Shown: positions 29,306 through 44,047, counted from the first letter of the stretch. The stretch is DNA of 64,000 nt from Chrysomallon squamiferum (GCA_012295275.1 CM022665.1:19096001-19160000), one strand, 5' to 3'. Numbers and translations: made by a program. The notes: generated by a model from the sequence alone, not told the origin.

Positions 29306-29312
29306 TAATAAT
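29251..29312. repeat. (AAT)n microsatellite
   Basis: Directly visible. Confidence 0.95.
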
Positions 29313-30904
29313 GGAATATAATATATCATTTTGTTAGAATAATAACGTATTGTAGCAGTTGGAAGCAATCAACGTATATTCATTCTAGTCGAAGATGAAA
29401 TAGATAAATATCGTTTTTAATCAACTGTTTGATTAATAATGCTCAAAAGAGAAAAATGTTTCGCTTAAATATATTGGTTGTTTATTTAACCAGATAACTG
29501 AATTAGTTTAATAATACCACAAAAGGAAAAAAAAAAAAAAAGAAAGAAAACCAAACTAGCTGCATCATCTAGTTAATTTTAGTTAATTTCCTCTACGATA
29601 TAAGATAAGATGTGTTGTAAAATACATAATTCAGTCACTATTTGTTTTCAAAAACCAGGAGAGTGGGGAAAAACTTATTTTGATTTCGAAGGAGAGTTTT
29701 GTTTTTTAAAACGACAGACGAAGAGCTTTTGTCACCAAGCATATGGTACAGTTTCCGAATGTTGTGGACATTACTCATATTTATGTTTTTATTTTTTAAA
29801 TATAGCGGATACAAAAAATAAAAAAATAAAATAAAAAATAAATAATAAATAATAAAAAATACAAACTGTTATTTTTTTTTTTTTTTTTTCTGATCTTTTT
29901 TTTCCTGTTTTCATTTTGTTGATGTTACTGGATCACATCCATGTTATTTCGTTTTCAGCTTACCTAGATTATAAAATTATAGTATTTAAAAAAAATAATA
30001 TTATGTTGTTGTTGTTGTTGTTGTTTTCTAAATCGATGTGATTTTATACGGGCGCGGAAAAAAGAACGTCGAAGCAAGCAGATATGTTTGAAAATTGTCA
30101 CAAAAAATTTGAATCCACTGAAAAGTTAGCCGAGTTCATTGTCGTCACCGAGCAGGATGGTGTAGGCGTTTTCACAAAACTCTCGCTTTCTTCTAGTTAT
30201 TTGGGATATGTGGCAACAACACCACTTCCTGAACTAATTTATACAGTATATCTCTAATTTGCTGTTAACGATGAGAGAGAAACTGACCGTAAAATTGTCT
30301 GTAACAGCGAGCAAACGTAACAAGTAATTTATTTACACCTGACACGTCCAAGTTTTTCACTTGACTGTATCAGATTTCAAACTGAATCAAAAGTGTGTGA
30401 TTCTGTATTATGTCACTTGTTTTAATTGTAAAGAGATGACAAAATTAATTGTAAATCAATATTTAAAGAACTCTTACGTCACTGGTTACAGCAATATACA
30501 TTTAAGAAGCTGATATATATATATAGGTTTTGAGAAAAAAGGCGTACATAAACGACACACATTCTCTTACACAAACATACAGACAGATACGACATTATGA
30601 ATACTTACAAATATATCACTTCAGAACATACTCTTTTATGCACAAATATGGGGCGAATTCAGGATTCAAAGAAGAAGAGCAAGGTCATTCAGATTAAGTT
30701 AATTTCATTACAAAAAAGCAGGGAAAAAAAGAGAAAACAAAAGGTAAACAAACACACACACACAAAAACAAAACAAGAAAGAAAGAAAATAAAACAAATA
30801 CAAAAAAAAAAAAAAAAAAAAAAAAAACGCGGTAAAGTGCATTAAGCATCAAAGGAATACGTTATGATACAGATGATTTATGAATTTAAGTGATTATGTC
30901 TTTA

Positions 30905-31310
30905 ACTTGTACACTGATGGTACAAAACCTGATGGCACTGGTAATATGGGCAAGGATTCTACAAACAGGCTCTAACAACGTATAATCTGTCTCTCAAAGA
31001 AAAGCAGTATCTAATCAGAAGAATTTTGTCTCGGGCCATTCACCTCATGGAATAGTTAATCACTATGTTCATTTGCATCACTATAGTTTGACAAAATGGA
31101 TTATTCTGGAGATTTTCGTTGCAGCCAAACTCATTAACAGAACGGGCACATGCTCTTTATAGTGATATGCATTCCAATTCTAACATGCTAATAGCATATA
31201 AATGTTCTTATTAAGAACACGTGATGTTTTTAGCCCAGATGTGTAGATATACTAATTTGATCTGTGTCCAGGTCCATATCACGACATAGCCAGCCGGATG
31301 AATTACTCAC
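30905..31310 (+). mobile_element. Possible, highly decayed LINE RNase H relic
   Basis: 30910 onward reads YTDGTKPDGTGNMG (cf. YTDGSKxxxGxG). The later tgtgtccaggtccat resembles the W(I/V)PGH motif. Frames are broken. Confidence 0.35.
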
Positions 31311-34300
31311 TAACATCTGTAACATACGTTACTGCCAATACGCCATGATGGATTCTTGGTTGAATTTCAGTAAGTACGTTTAAGAAGTCCAAAAATAGCA
31401 GAATCGACGTCAGAAATTGTTTTTGGCTTTATCGATATGCACCCATCAACGCTTTAAATTAATATATGCTATTTAAATTGTTCAATGATAACTTCCTAGT
31501 AAAAAAAACAAAAAAAAACTTGAATTTTAATTTTTTTTTCAATTAAAATCTGAAATACCAAGTCTGTGGATCCTTTTATCTGATTCCACAAAATAATTTT
31601 TTATTTTTTTTTACTTTTTTACTCTGCGTGTATTCAAATTTTAAGACAAGAAATATTTCATTTATTTCTTCTCATTGTAATTAAAAAAATAAAAAATAAA
31701 ATAAAATAAAATAAATAAATAATAATAATAATAATAATAATAACAATAATAATAATAATAATTTATTACCAGCACTTTCTGCTTATCAGTTATTGAAAAA
31801 AGCAGCAAAATGTCCACGTTTTCGTTACATTAACTACAGCTCTTTAGATGAAAACTTTACGGACGAAGAGTAATTAACCCACTGTACTTCACACAAATTA
31901 TCTTTGTCCTTATTAGCAACGAGTGGATCTTCATACATAAATTATCTGTCGACACACAGCAGCAGAAGAAACAATCTGACAGAGCAAAACGATAGTTTTT
32001 CGGCTGACTACACTCATTACAGTTAGTTCTTCCAAACAACAGACAGTCCTGGTGTTAAAAGGTTTTTCTAATTATCTAATGGTCTTCTGACTTCTAGAAT
32101 CTGTGTGAGTCTGCCATAAACAAACGATGTGTTTCCGTTATAAGACACTTGGAAGTTGGACTGCCTGTCATGTTTTCACACATCGTCCTTACAAATCACT
32201 TAACGTGATCTTTGTTTTCTCACATTCGCCGTCTAATACCAAACAGGTAGAAATACGCACATTGATCGTCGCTCTCAACTTGAATTAGTTCACGGATTCA
32301 CTGGGTTGTGAACAATATACACATTTTCATCGTGTCGTTTCGTCCACCATCGTTTCACATAAAATCATTTTTGTTTCCATTTTCAATAACAAACGATGCT
32401 CTAAGAGGTGAAAAGGGTTTGTCTTACATTAATCACTTAAACAGATACAAAACCAGAAATAAAACAAATATGCTGTTATATTTAGTTATCCATTTTATAT
32501 TCATTATATATATATATATATTGTATTAGTTTCGCCCTAAGCCAAAAATAACAAAATGCTATTTAAAACACAGAAGTTATAAGACGCTATCAATAATACT
32601 TTTTTTCTAGAATTTTTATGATAATGTTTCATAAATGCATGCGCGGAAGTGCACACAAACTCACATTAATGTTGAAACTAACATTTTAATACAAAGATTT
32701 TCCCGTTGTATACGCAGAGTTGCATACATCTGCACTCGGTAAACCTTGAGCACTGCAAACTGAGATTACATGAGTACCTCTCTGTATTTTCGAGTAGACA
32801 TCGAGACAATTATATTCCTGTTTTCGAAACAGGAGAGGTGCGGTAAGGTGTGTACACGGCTACAAATCCAAAGCAAATAAATATCAAAATAATCATTCTC
32901 CTAACGTTTGGTTCTAAAGATAATAAATATAGCAGTTGGAAAGACCTGAAAAGAATTTTCTAAAGAAGATAACAATGAAATTAAATTATATTAATAATTG
33001 TAAATATAAAAAAAAATATGTATGTATCTCGAGCGAGGAAGTTAATATGTGAACACTGCTTATTATTGCATACACTACCTATGGGAAGGTATTTCGAAAT
33101 GATCCCTTATCGTTTAACTGAAGACCGCATTGCTCTTTCATCATCTCTTTAATTTTTAATAATCTTATGTATATGTATCGCTACATAAAACTTTCTTTCC
33201 ATCCCTATGCTTTGATGTTTGGAAAAGGTTATGAGATCCAAATCGGCCGAAAAGTATTTGTAATTTTATAAAAATATATTAACACGAGAACAAGTTGTTT
33301 ATTTATGTTTTGTTTATTGCTTTGCCAAGAATCGATCTTCAGACAGACCATATCTTTGTGTGTTACATGTTGTAGAGTAAAAATAACTGTAGCAGTGATA
33401 ATAAATGTTAGGGTGATAACAGTAGTAGGAGTAGTAATAACAAGAATGGTAGTAGTAAGACGAAAATTACTAGTATTTCTCATATTAATGATACTATTAA
33501 TACTATGCAATAAAACGAAGTGTGTGAATATGAAATAATAAATTGGCCGTTAGATGGTATCGGGTTATGATGGTCGTAAAGTAGAAAATCACTTGATGTA
33601 TTGCAGCAACAGAACATATTTCTGTCATCGTAAAGATGGTGATAGATCAGAAACTGTATAGCGTAGGTGGATTTGTTGTTATCTTTTCAGTGATAGGTTT
33701 GTCATTTATATATTAATATAAGATATAACCACTCAGTTCATCCTTTCATCTATGAGTCTTTCCTCTGATATAGCTGTTCTTCTATCGTTCTTCTTTAGCT
33801 ATTCCACCCATCATTTTACACGTCATTTGTTTTAAGCGTCCATTCAGCCACTAAAACTGCTCATCATCGGTTCATCCATTTATAAATTCAAAAATTCAGT
33901 ATTTGACTATAAGCTAAAAAAGGCCTCAGTCAGAAATGACGTCTCTGAATTTCAGTGCACTTATTATTTTCCGTCAGCACTTGTTAATTAGATCCATATA
34001 TTTTTTTTTAAATCTTAGGGCTTCACTAAATCTAAATGCTGATCAGTCATCGTTTTATAAAACTGACAGAACTAAAATCCGATTTCAAGGAATACTTTGT
34101 TGATGACCTTGTTTTCAAACGGCCGGAAAGTATCTGCCATTAATTGCATGTTACGAGTGGCTAATTCTAAGAGTACATTTTCTAGAGTGTACTCTGCAGT
34201 CTTTTTAATGCACCGAACTGTTTTAAGTATTGTTATTGTCTAGCAACACCACGCTTTCCTGGTCCATGTTTCTATGTGATAACCTGCCTGTTTCAACATA

Positions 34301-36473
34301 AATATATAGCACTTTAAACAATCGCAAATATACCAGTACAACAATCTCTTCATTTGCAGGTTCTCAAAAGTGATTTTCATTTTGAAAAATACAAGGTTGA
34401 CTCCTAACTACAACTGTAGATCTTTTTATCCTGATTTCAGTGACACAGTTGTCAGTCAAACAAATCTCGATTTTTGAGAGCCCGTTTTGAAGCGAAATTG
34501 TCTCTGACAAAGTTTATTTTATAACTCTGCAAAGTATATTTATATTGATCTTTGAAGTCAGAGTTGGTCAAATCATTCATTAGCGCAAGATAAAAAAAAA
34601 CAATAATAATTAAAAACTTTGAAAATTCATAGCACTTTTTTAAATGTACTACTAAAATATTTGTTTATACCAAGTAAAAAAATATATATGATAAAATGAA
34701 TTTAGAAGGGATAAATTAAAAAATCAGTTTTTTTTAGTGTCGAGGTACAATGTTAGTTCTAGTAAAGGCTATAAAATAATAAAGAAAACTTATTGAATAC
34801 TGAAAATGGGGCTGGCTCATAGCGCTTTCTACGAGTGTATATTAAGAGAACATGAACCAAACTAGATGAAAAATGAATTACAATGTAATGGTACTTAAAA
34901 AATTTGCAAGTTTTGTGATATGAATGTAAATGGAGCAGAAGCTGAATTTCTGTTGAATAGGATGTAAGAAGTAACTTTTGAAAAGTTGTTTCTAAGAACC
35001 AGATCTGAATGTAGCGGTGGATTCGATGAAGTAAATATCAAACCTAACACGAAAAGACTGAATAAAGAAATTTGTACTGAATGATACATGTTATTATTTA
35101 TTATCTAATGCAGTATGTCTTGAACCAAAATATAACATAGCAGGCTTAGTTTTTCCCACTAACACAAATTAAACATACTTATTCTGTCATTAGTTGCAAT
35201 GTTATTTATAAGGCGTTGCTACAGATAAATCAAACAAATAACTAAATACTACTGAATCACAAATGAGAAGGCTATTTTTAATTCACAGCCACATTTGAGA
35301 AACGTGACCATATATGTTTTCGCTTTCTCAGGCATCAGAAATAAACTGTTCATAACTTTCAAAGGTTTTGTGCTGAAGGCCTCCAGTAAACAGACTGTAA
35401 CTGCTGAGAACTGGTGTGCCCAAATAACACTGATGACTTGTTAACCAAGGTTGAAGACACTCAGATAACGAATACGTAACCGATTCCAATGTTATTTCAA
35501 CCCCTATTTAATCACTTCAGTTTTATGCGGTTAAATCGACGTCTTATGAAACGAACGATCATTTTGCTCACAAACAGAATTCAGCAGATTCGTGTTATGG
35601 AGAATCGGCTTCAGTGGCCATGACTTAAGGAGTGGTTCGACAGAAAACACGATCTGGTTTCGTCTCTCCTAAGTAAAGAGGGTGTTAGCAATACTTTCTT
35701 TAAGCTTCGTTTTTAATGATTTTTAAAAGATGAAATGTTTCGTTGTTGTCGGTATCGTTTTGAAAGACGTCTGTTTCTCGGAAATAGTCAAGACACTTTA
35801 CATAGTTTTTTCATCAAGGCCTTCAAATATTTTCGGGTGACAAACACAAATAAAGATGAAATATCCAACTTTCATTTACTCGAGGCTATTTATAATGAAG
35901 AAAGCTCGTAGAGCTAATCCCGTGAACGTAAAACGTATTGTATGAACAATATTCGCGAAACACAGTTGGAGAAACATAATGTCATGGCCGCTACCCCTAG
36001 GTACTTCCGACAGAGATTACATTTTTAATTTTTTTTAATTTTTTGACAACACAAGGTAACTGTTGTCCAAAAATACAAAAATAAAACTCATGAAACTTTT
36101 ATTCAGATAGGACTTGAAACAGAGAATAAAGTGAGAAAAAGAGAGGTCCATACAGTATGGCAAACCAAAAATAGAGGCGCTTTAGTATTCCTACTATTAT
36201 AAACAAAAGTAAAATATTCTCGGCGCCTTTTTAACACAAGATGCATTTACATACAGACAATACCCAAAATACATGTTTCTATTCTAGTTTTTCTTTTTTG
36301 ATTTTCCTTAATGTTTGTTTGTTTGTTTGTTTTAAGTAGATTTTTATTTTATATAATTTATCTGATTTTAATCATATAGAAATAAACGTTTTATTTCCAG
36401 TGTGACTAATACTATGACAATATATATATATATATATATATATATTTTTCATTATTTCTTCTTTTTCTTTCAG

Positions 36474-37013
36474 CTCTACCACCGGACTTATCATCAATCT
36501 GGGAAGCTTACCCTTGGAGGTTCGGATTTGGATTCTGCATCACCAAAGCTTTTGTTTCAGAAATGTCGGCTTATGTTTCTGCTCTTACTATCACGGCCTT
36601 CACCATAGAACGCTATGTGGCAATATGCCATCCTCTGAAGGCCCACTCCTGGTCTTCACTAAAACGCTGTGTTCGAATCATTATCATCATATGGGCCGTT
36701 TCCTCGGTCTGTGCCCTGCCTTATCCAATCCATGCACGGTTGTTCTACGGTGTGCAGAACCCGTTCACGGGTGAAGACTTGCCTGATTCACTTCTCTGTA
36801 ACATACCTGAAGAGTGGCGGGATGACATGATATTCATGTTCCAGTTCTCCACATTTGCATTCTTCGTCATTCCCATGGTAGTCATTACTGTCATGTACGT
36901 CTTCATCGGCATCACGCTATGGAGCTCAGAGGTGGCCGTCGACGAGAAAAAGAAAAAGAAATCTTCGGCGGAAGCAACGTCAAAAGCGAGAAGAGCGGTT
37001 CTGAGAATGCTGG
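36474..37013 (+). CDS. PRXamide/pyrokinin/NMU-type GPCR, coding exon 2 (end of TM2 to start of TM6)
   Basis: Acceptor tttctttcag|CT joins in phase 1 to give ALPPDLSSIWEAYPWRFGFGFCITKAFVSEMSAYVSALTITAFTIERYVAICHP...FFVIPMVVITVMY...AVLRML. The ERY motif is typical of this family. Donor G|GTGAAA at 37013/37014. Confidence 0.96.
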
Positions 37014-39742
37014 GTGAAACTTGTATTATTATCATTATCATCAACATGATCTTAATCATCATTCTCATTATTATTTTGATTATTGTTGCTAATTTTCTTC
37101 TTCTTTTCTTCCTCTTCTTCTTCTTCTTTTTGATGCTATTATTATGATGTTACAGAAACGAGAGTCATTACGACTAGGACATGATGGATATAAACATTCG
37201 TAAGTGCATTATTTTTGCAACGACCTGGAAAGCTTTGAATATTGTGCTGAAAAACAAAGGAACAAAATAATTGATGTTCTTTCTGTTTTGATATACAATC
37301 ACGCAACTGTATATTTTAGGTCCACGGTAAAACGTTTTGGAAATCCGAAAGTCAAAGGATATTTTTGTTGTCACTTGTTGATGGTGTGTTGCGTTCACTG
37401 TTTTTGTTGATATTATTATTCTTTATCTTTATTATTATTATTATTATCATCATCATCATCATCATCATCATTATTTCTGTTACGTTTGTTTTATTATTTC
37501 CTCAGCCGTTTCATTTATGAATATACTTGGTTTTTTTAAATAATAATATTAAAAGACATTTTTTTTTTTTTTTTCTGTAGATCGGTATTATATTAAATAT
37601 TACTAATATAACAAATATCAGTGTAATGACTGTTTAAGCCAATAAGGACTATTTCCTTCTGATTATCAAGATGGAGTGAAATGTACGATAGCGATATCAG
37701 TTCTGACAATAATAGATGGACAAGACAATAATAAATCGGAGTAACTGATGACGTTTAATATAATTATGGTCTAACGATAGTTGTTCCTGGTTCTTGGTGA
37801 ATAATTGTGTTACGTCTTGACTGATCTAAAAACTGATTTAAAAACTGCTGTATGATTTATTATCTGGCATCTCCGATTTGTGAACACATTTACCTAAGAT
37901 TCATTGCAGTGAATAATGATACCAAGGTCTTTTAGGAGAAGGATGTTTTTTTGTCGTTACTGTTATCATGTTGTGGGTGTCTGTGGATTTCTTTTTTTCA
38001 TTATTTTTATTATTTATTTTGTTTTTATTTATTTATTCTGGGGCTTTGTAGGGGAGGGATGTGAAATTGGAAGACACTTGGGGAACAGATACTCAAAATA
38101 GCAGACATTCGGTTGGTTACCGAAAGACAAAGAAACAGAAATGTATAGAAGAGGAAAAAACGGCACTGACAATATTGACAGCAAACCTACAGGTCCTTTG
38201 AGGAATAGGCTACAAATCTAATAAAGTGGGAATCGCCTACAGTTTATGGAATTTAATGAAAAACTAGTTATATTTGTTAAAGTATCATGACACTTACTAA
38301 TGCGGTTTTATTAAATTCATACACATTAAATGACTTGACCTTTTGACGATGAATTTAGCATGAAACCTAATGACATAGTAACCACAGTTAAACGCTGATG
38401 ACATGTGATACGCGTCGCTGTACAGGAGATTACAGTTTGGAGAGATTTCATAGTAAATCGTGTTTTTGACAGAAGTAATGTCAATCTTGAACATAACTGC
38501 ATATGGTGAACGAGAATATTTCGGCCAACTTTAACACTCTCCTTTAGCTGTTATTATCTATTAAACAGCATTTCAGAAACTGTAGGAAAGGAAAAAAAAC
38601 AAAAAACAAGATCAGTTTCGTCTTGTTAGAACTTGAATGAAGTTGACCTTAAAAGCCATGATTCTGACAGATTCCATTAACAGCGGATTCTATCTAATAG
38701 CGTTTCCATATTTTTCAACGTGTTAAATTCACCAGAGAGTTTTACAATGTATTTTCTTTTTCTTGTTTCTTTTTGTTTTTTTTTTTCTCACTCAAATGGT
38801 TCATTCACAGCGAATGCTTCTGCTTATTGATGTTTGTTAGTGAGTCCTTTAATACCAGACTGATATAATTATGTCTTCTTATTATATAATGTGATATATA
38901 ATGCAAAATAATCGCCTTCTTTTATTATATATTTGAGATAAAAATTCTTATATAGGATAACAAAAGTAATAATGAAGAAATAAGTGAATAAATAAATATA
39001 CCATTTAGAATCGATTAAAAGCAGTCATCATTTGAGGTAGGTCTATTAGAAACTGGGTAACATTCGCTAAATGGATACATCTCTCTCTCTCTCTCAGTTA
39101 TATTCCTATTTTCAAAATATGATTTTATGTGATATCCCATTTATATCTTACCATAAATTACAATTTTATGGACCACAACCTGTGTAGATACATGTCATTT
39201 ACAAATGAAGTAAGATCGATAAACATAAAGCAAATTAATTTAATTTGATGATCATTTCCAATATCGTTTATTTATTTATTTATTTATTATTATCATTATT
39301 ATTTTATTTTTATGTTGTTACATAGCTGTTTATCGGCATCTGCTATGTTTCTTTTATTGGATGTCAGAAGTAACGCGCTGGTGTTATTTCAAAGAGAGTT
39401 TTTATCTACATTAGCAACTATGTATTTATTCCCTTTCATAGACAATAAAATATACAATATGATCTCATACAACGTAGAGACTTAACGAGGAATAAAGGAA
39501 ACTGCTAACTTGGAATGAACTAATACTTCAACCAATATTTTTTTTTTTTTTTTTTTTTAGGTCAGCATTACAGTCAGCTGTACGTGTCGTTAAGACAAAG
39601 AACCGTTAACCCACACTGATAGTTTTTCTCTCTTATAAATCGATACAGTTCTGAATGCTAATGAATACTGCAACCTTTATTGCTCATTTCTTTTTCTTTT
39701 TCTTCTTTTTTTATAATTATTTATCTGTTATTTTTATTCTAG

Positions 39743-39874
39743 TTGCCGTTGTTGTTGCATTTTTTGTGTGCTGGGCGCCTTTTCATACACAACGATTGAT
39801 GACACTTTACGTACCTGCGGATGCATGGACGGACGAGCTTCTTGTTATTCAGACCTATGTCTACTATATATCAG
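39743..39874 (+). CDS. PRXamide/pyrokinin/NMU-type GPCR, coding exon 3 (TM6, ECL3)
   Basis: Acceptor ttattctag|TT. Encodes VAVVVAFFVCWAPFHTQRLMTLYVPADAWTDELLVIQTYVYYIS (CWxP, FHxQRL). Donor G|GTAAAA, phase 1. Confidence 0.96.
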
Positions 39875-39881
39875 GTAAAAT

Positions 39882-39929
<48 letters not shown>

Positions 39930-40640
39930 TATTATTATTATTATTATAATAATGATAATAATAACTTAAATGAATAAATAATGATTTAGCGTACAAATCG
40001 CATGGATATCTTTTGTGTATTTCCAAAATAATGCTTATTTGGTATTAGCAACCAGTGTTTGCATGACCACAAAACTATGAACGTGATTATACTTTTTTAA
40101 ACACCAACATACAGTAATAACAACAATTCATAGTAGTAATTTTAGAAATAAACGAATTAATAAAAATCACCTCACAGTAAAAAGGAAAGAAATTCATTCA
40201 GTAAACACTATATAAATAAAAAGTGGGGTCTGTAGCACCAGAATTACATTTTAACGACATTTTAAGTATCTTAATATGCTTTTTGTACAAAAATACACAG
40301 TTTCCCATCGTAGAGAAATAATCTGAGAGAAGAGGAATTAATACCAAGTAAAATATTACAAATGGAACAATGTATTCTGCAAGCTAGACTCGTGTAGAAT
40401 AAAAATGAATATATTTAAGTATGGGATTAAACGGATTTGTCCAGTTCCTCATAAATCAGAAGACTGTCTGGTTATTCTTACAAATGGCTTGACTGTATTA
40501 AGAATCTGTTACATTAATTTCTGTTTTGTTTCATGTGATTAAAATGCCATAATTATTATTATACGCGAGTATGAACGCACACACATAGACATATGCACTT
40601 GCACAAAGAGGAGAATTGCCAAAAAAACATATAAATAGAT

Positions 40641-40691
40641 GGTATCGTCACATTTGGTCGAATTCCCAATAGGTCGAAATCCCAATTCGTC
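40641..40691 (+). mobile_element. Putative DNA transposon terminus with tandem TGGTCGAATTCCCAA motifs
   Basis: Shares acatttggtcgaattcccaat with 59580-59600; related to the reverse complement of 21677-21725. Confidence 0.55.
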
Positions 40692-41428
40692 TAATGTAAG
40701 TAACAGTCTGTTATGTAAACACTATCTTATTACCTCATCAGTTAAGTACACTATCTTCTTTCAGTATTAGTTCTATTCATATGTAACGTTCTGAGTCCAC
40801 TTGATGTTTTGTTTAAATGTGAGTGCCAAAACAATTTCCTTATGGGAAACAGCGCTTGTACGAATTGTAGGTGCGCCTACGTCACACTTCATGCACTTGT
40901 CGCTACATTTAGTAACGAGCTGTCACGTGTTCAGTTTACTGGAAATGATATTTCTGGTGCTCTAAGATACAGGCAATTATTTTATTTGCAAAATTATCGC
41001 GATAAACGGCAAATTAAACTCGATTTCAGGATCATAAGCGTAACTATACGAGAGTACAATGTGTTCTGTGAATGCAAGACATTTTTATCGAATGGGTAAT
41101 TAATTTTTACAATTTGGTTTATTTTTGTTTGAAGGGTTGGTTAGCTCCATCGGATAAAATACCAACAATGTATTTGATAGGTAATTTTTGTCTGCAGTCA
41201 AATCACGATAAGTAAGAAGCTAAGAAAAAATTTGAATTTTTCTGTTTCAAATGACGGACTTTTAACAGCTGTGCTTTTTTTTTTTTTTGTCTTTAATCTC
41301 ATGATTACAGATATTTTATTGCCTCTAATTAATACCTGCAACACCTTTCTCGAGTTGTATCCAAGCTTTAGCCGGGTTTGTACATTGCAAAAAATAATGG
41401 TTAGAGATCAAATGTTTGTGGTCCGTTT

Positions 41429-41481
<53 letters not shown>

Positions 41482-42348
41482 CATAACATATATTTAACAT
41501 TTTACCACTAAATATTTAAAATACGTAAGACTAAAAATTCAAAGTAGATGTGAAAAGAAAGTTATGCTGTGCTATTCAGAGTTGTTAGTCAAATCTAACT
41601 TTTTTTTTTTTTTTTTTTAAGTAATGTTTCAACCAGTATGAAATAATATGACTCAAAATACTTTAAAAATACATCTAAAGTTCAAACGGAAATTATGTGA
41701 AATTAAAACTTAAAAAATAAATAAAGTAAAATTTAATTCAGTGAATGCAAAAATGGAAGATCCGCCGCTCTTTAAAATAAAAAAATAAATTTTTTTTTAA
41801 AAATTTAAAAAAATAAAACGACCACCAACAACATTTATAATCTCTAATTCATTACTGCTGAAACTCTACAAAGCTTTAAACTGTCTGAATATGCAACTGG
41901 TGAGTTTATCATACAATACACAGACGCTCTGTTTGTCCGTATTCTGTAGTTTCACGCGTATGGGCGGAGCTATTGATTGCAATGCCATCTAAAAATAGTT
42001 GCAGCCTGCAATTCATATACAAGCGCTGTAGTCTCGCAGTTTTCAGGATTAGTAAGAGAGCATGGAGAGATCTTACACCTCTCCCATTAGTTCTGTGTAG
42101 GAATCCTACCAGTCAGTAGTTGTTGGTTTTTTTAAGTAGATCTTTGTTTTTGTAGTTATTATTTTTGAGGAGGAGCTGGATACATAATATATAAAGTATT
42201 TATATTTCATAAACAGAAGCTGGAAAAGAAATGTTTTAACACATTTCGGTTGGTCTGATTAATCATATTTAAATAATATAAATGTCGGGGAAAATAAGAA
42301 TCGGCCTTAAATAACTTTGTTTGTTTATGTTGTGTGTAGCAAAGAGAG

Positions 42349-42459
<111 letters not shown>

Positions 42460-42774
42460 CAATCATAACAAACACATAGTTAACAAGAGATAATAATACT
42501 TTAATTATCTCAGTGCATAATCAATATTTAAACGACAGAATAACCTTGACCATTTAGAAAAAAGTTAATTTACACTGTTTGGAACTCTAATAAATGTCAA
42601 AAACTATCATTCGAGTAGAACTGTCTGCAGTTAATACAGTCTAATTACACCACATATCATTCTCCTCAAAGCCATGCCGAGTGTAGATTTTCTACAAGAT
42701 GATAAGAATAAAATAATTTTATACAGAACATTCTAAACAGTACGACCTGCTCTCGATTTATATTTTGTATGCAT

Positions 42775-42813
<39 letters not shown>

Positions 42814-43127
42814 GATTTCATGGGATTTTTAAACTACAATGGTTATTTATAGTATTTAGACATCCATATATACATATATATGTATTTTCCCGTCACGGGG
42901 ATTCCTCTGAGCTGAAATATATGTATCTCTGTCGCAGGCAAGTTACTATCCAAGTTGGCTAGGCTCTAGGGGTATCCGATATGTGATCCATATGTATATA
43001 TATACAGTAGCATGTTTTTGTTCACTAGAAACACAACATGACATTTTTGTGCTTTCGAAACATTTAACATAGCAGTATAGCACTAGAATAATGGTAATTT
43101 GTCTCAACAATCACATAAACATATTAC

Positions 43128-43205
43128 AAAAATTCAGGCTGGACCTTGGTAACTACTTATATCTATATAGATATAAGTAGTTACCAAGGTCCAGCCTGAA
43201 TTTTT
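43128..43205. repeat. Perfect 78-bp palindrome (39-bp arms, no spacer)
   Basis: AAAAATTCAGGCTGGACCTTGGTAACTACTTATATCTAT|ATAGATATAAGTAGTTACCAAGGTCCAGCCTGAATTTTT. Confidence 0.97.
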
Positions 43206-43555
43206 ACTGTGTGCTCAGTGGACAGTGACCATTCCACGGGATTCACTCCATAAAAAAAACGCCGTTATTTTATTCAAAAAGAAAAGAGACTCGCGTTATT
43301 TGTCAACGCGGTTCGAACCTTACTGCTAGACGTCTGAGAAACAAAAGCCTGTAACTTCTACTGCTCCGGAGACGGTAATTAATTCCGCTTGTCACGATAC
43401 GCCTCTGGCCACTCAGACCCCCACCTAGCCAGGGGAATTCACGGCTTTTTGTGATTTCGGCAGACCGAATCAACAACTGTCACAGAAATAACATTTTCAC
43501 AAGCGAAAGTTAAAAACATTCTTCCGTCACAATACATATACATATTCATACACAT

Positions 43556-43558
<3 letters not shown>

Positions 43559-43625
<67 letters not shown>
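43559..43625. repeat. (AC)n microsatellite
   Basis: Directly visible. Confidence 0.97.
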
Positions 43626-43630
<5 letters not shown>

Positions 43631-43932
43631 GCAGTTAGGTATTGTTAACGTTTTGTGATTCTAATGCAGAAACGAAAACAGAAAAGATATGGATACTCAG
43701 TCTTAAGCGACTTTGCTCACACATTCGTTAAGTATTTAAAAATAATGAAAGAAAGAAACGGCCAAAAATGTCGCTCTTTACATTTATGACTGATTACAAA
43801 TGGAAAATAAATGAATAAAATTCATGAATATAGTTCTTCTATCAATCATCTATATTTCTTCTACAAATTATTTTATTCACTTCTTTATTTCTTTATTTCT
43901 TTCCTTATTTATTTATTTATTTATTTTATTAT

Positions 43933-43967
<35 letters not shown>

Positions 43968-44047
43968 GTGTAATTTATTTCTTAAGATCAGGTTTAAATC
44001 CTATTCTTTCGATAAAGTTTATGAATTGTATTTTTTTTTTCTATTAA
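43968..44047 (+). other. Candidate alternative terminal exon (duplicated TM7 segment) of the GPCR, or a pseudo-exon
   Basis: (T)30-AG acceptor in the same phase 1. Encodes GVIYFLRSGLNPILSIKFMNCIFFFY* versus canonical GVLYFVSSTVNPILYNL; 9/15 aa and 30/44 nt identical, no gaps. Confidence 0.6.

Noticed and set aside
36745-37147. Antisense ORF 36745-37068 and the hydrophobic extension of ORF 36563-37147
   Set aside because: Shadow of GPCR exon 2; the extension past 37013 is intronic ATT/CTT repeat
39539-39620. Poly-T + AG acceptor upstream of exon 3 as another duplicated exon
   Set aside because: The phase-1 reading (GQHYSQLYVSLRQRTVNPH*) has no similarity to TM6, unlike the 43968 case
40809-41099. 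Cys-rich ORF (CECQ..CTNCRC)
   Set aside because: TTG start, no clear domain, adjacent to a putative transposon end; likely TE debris
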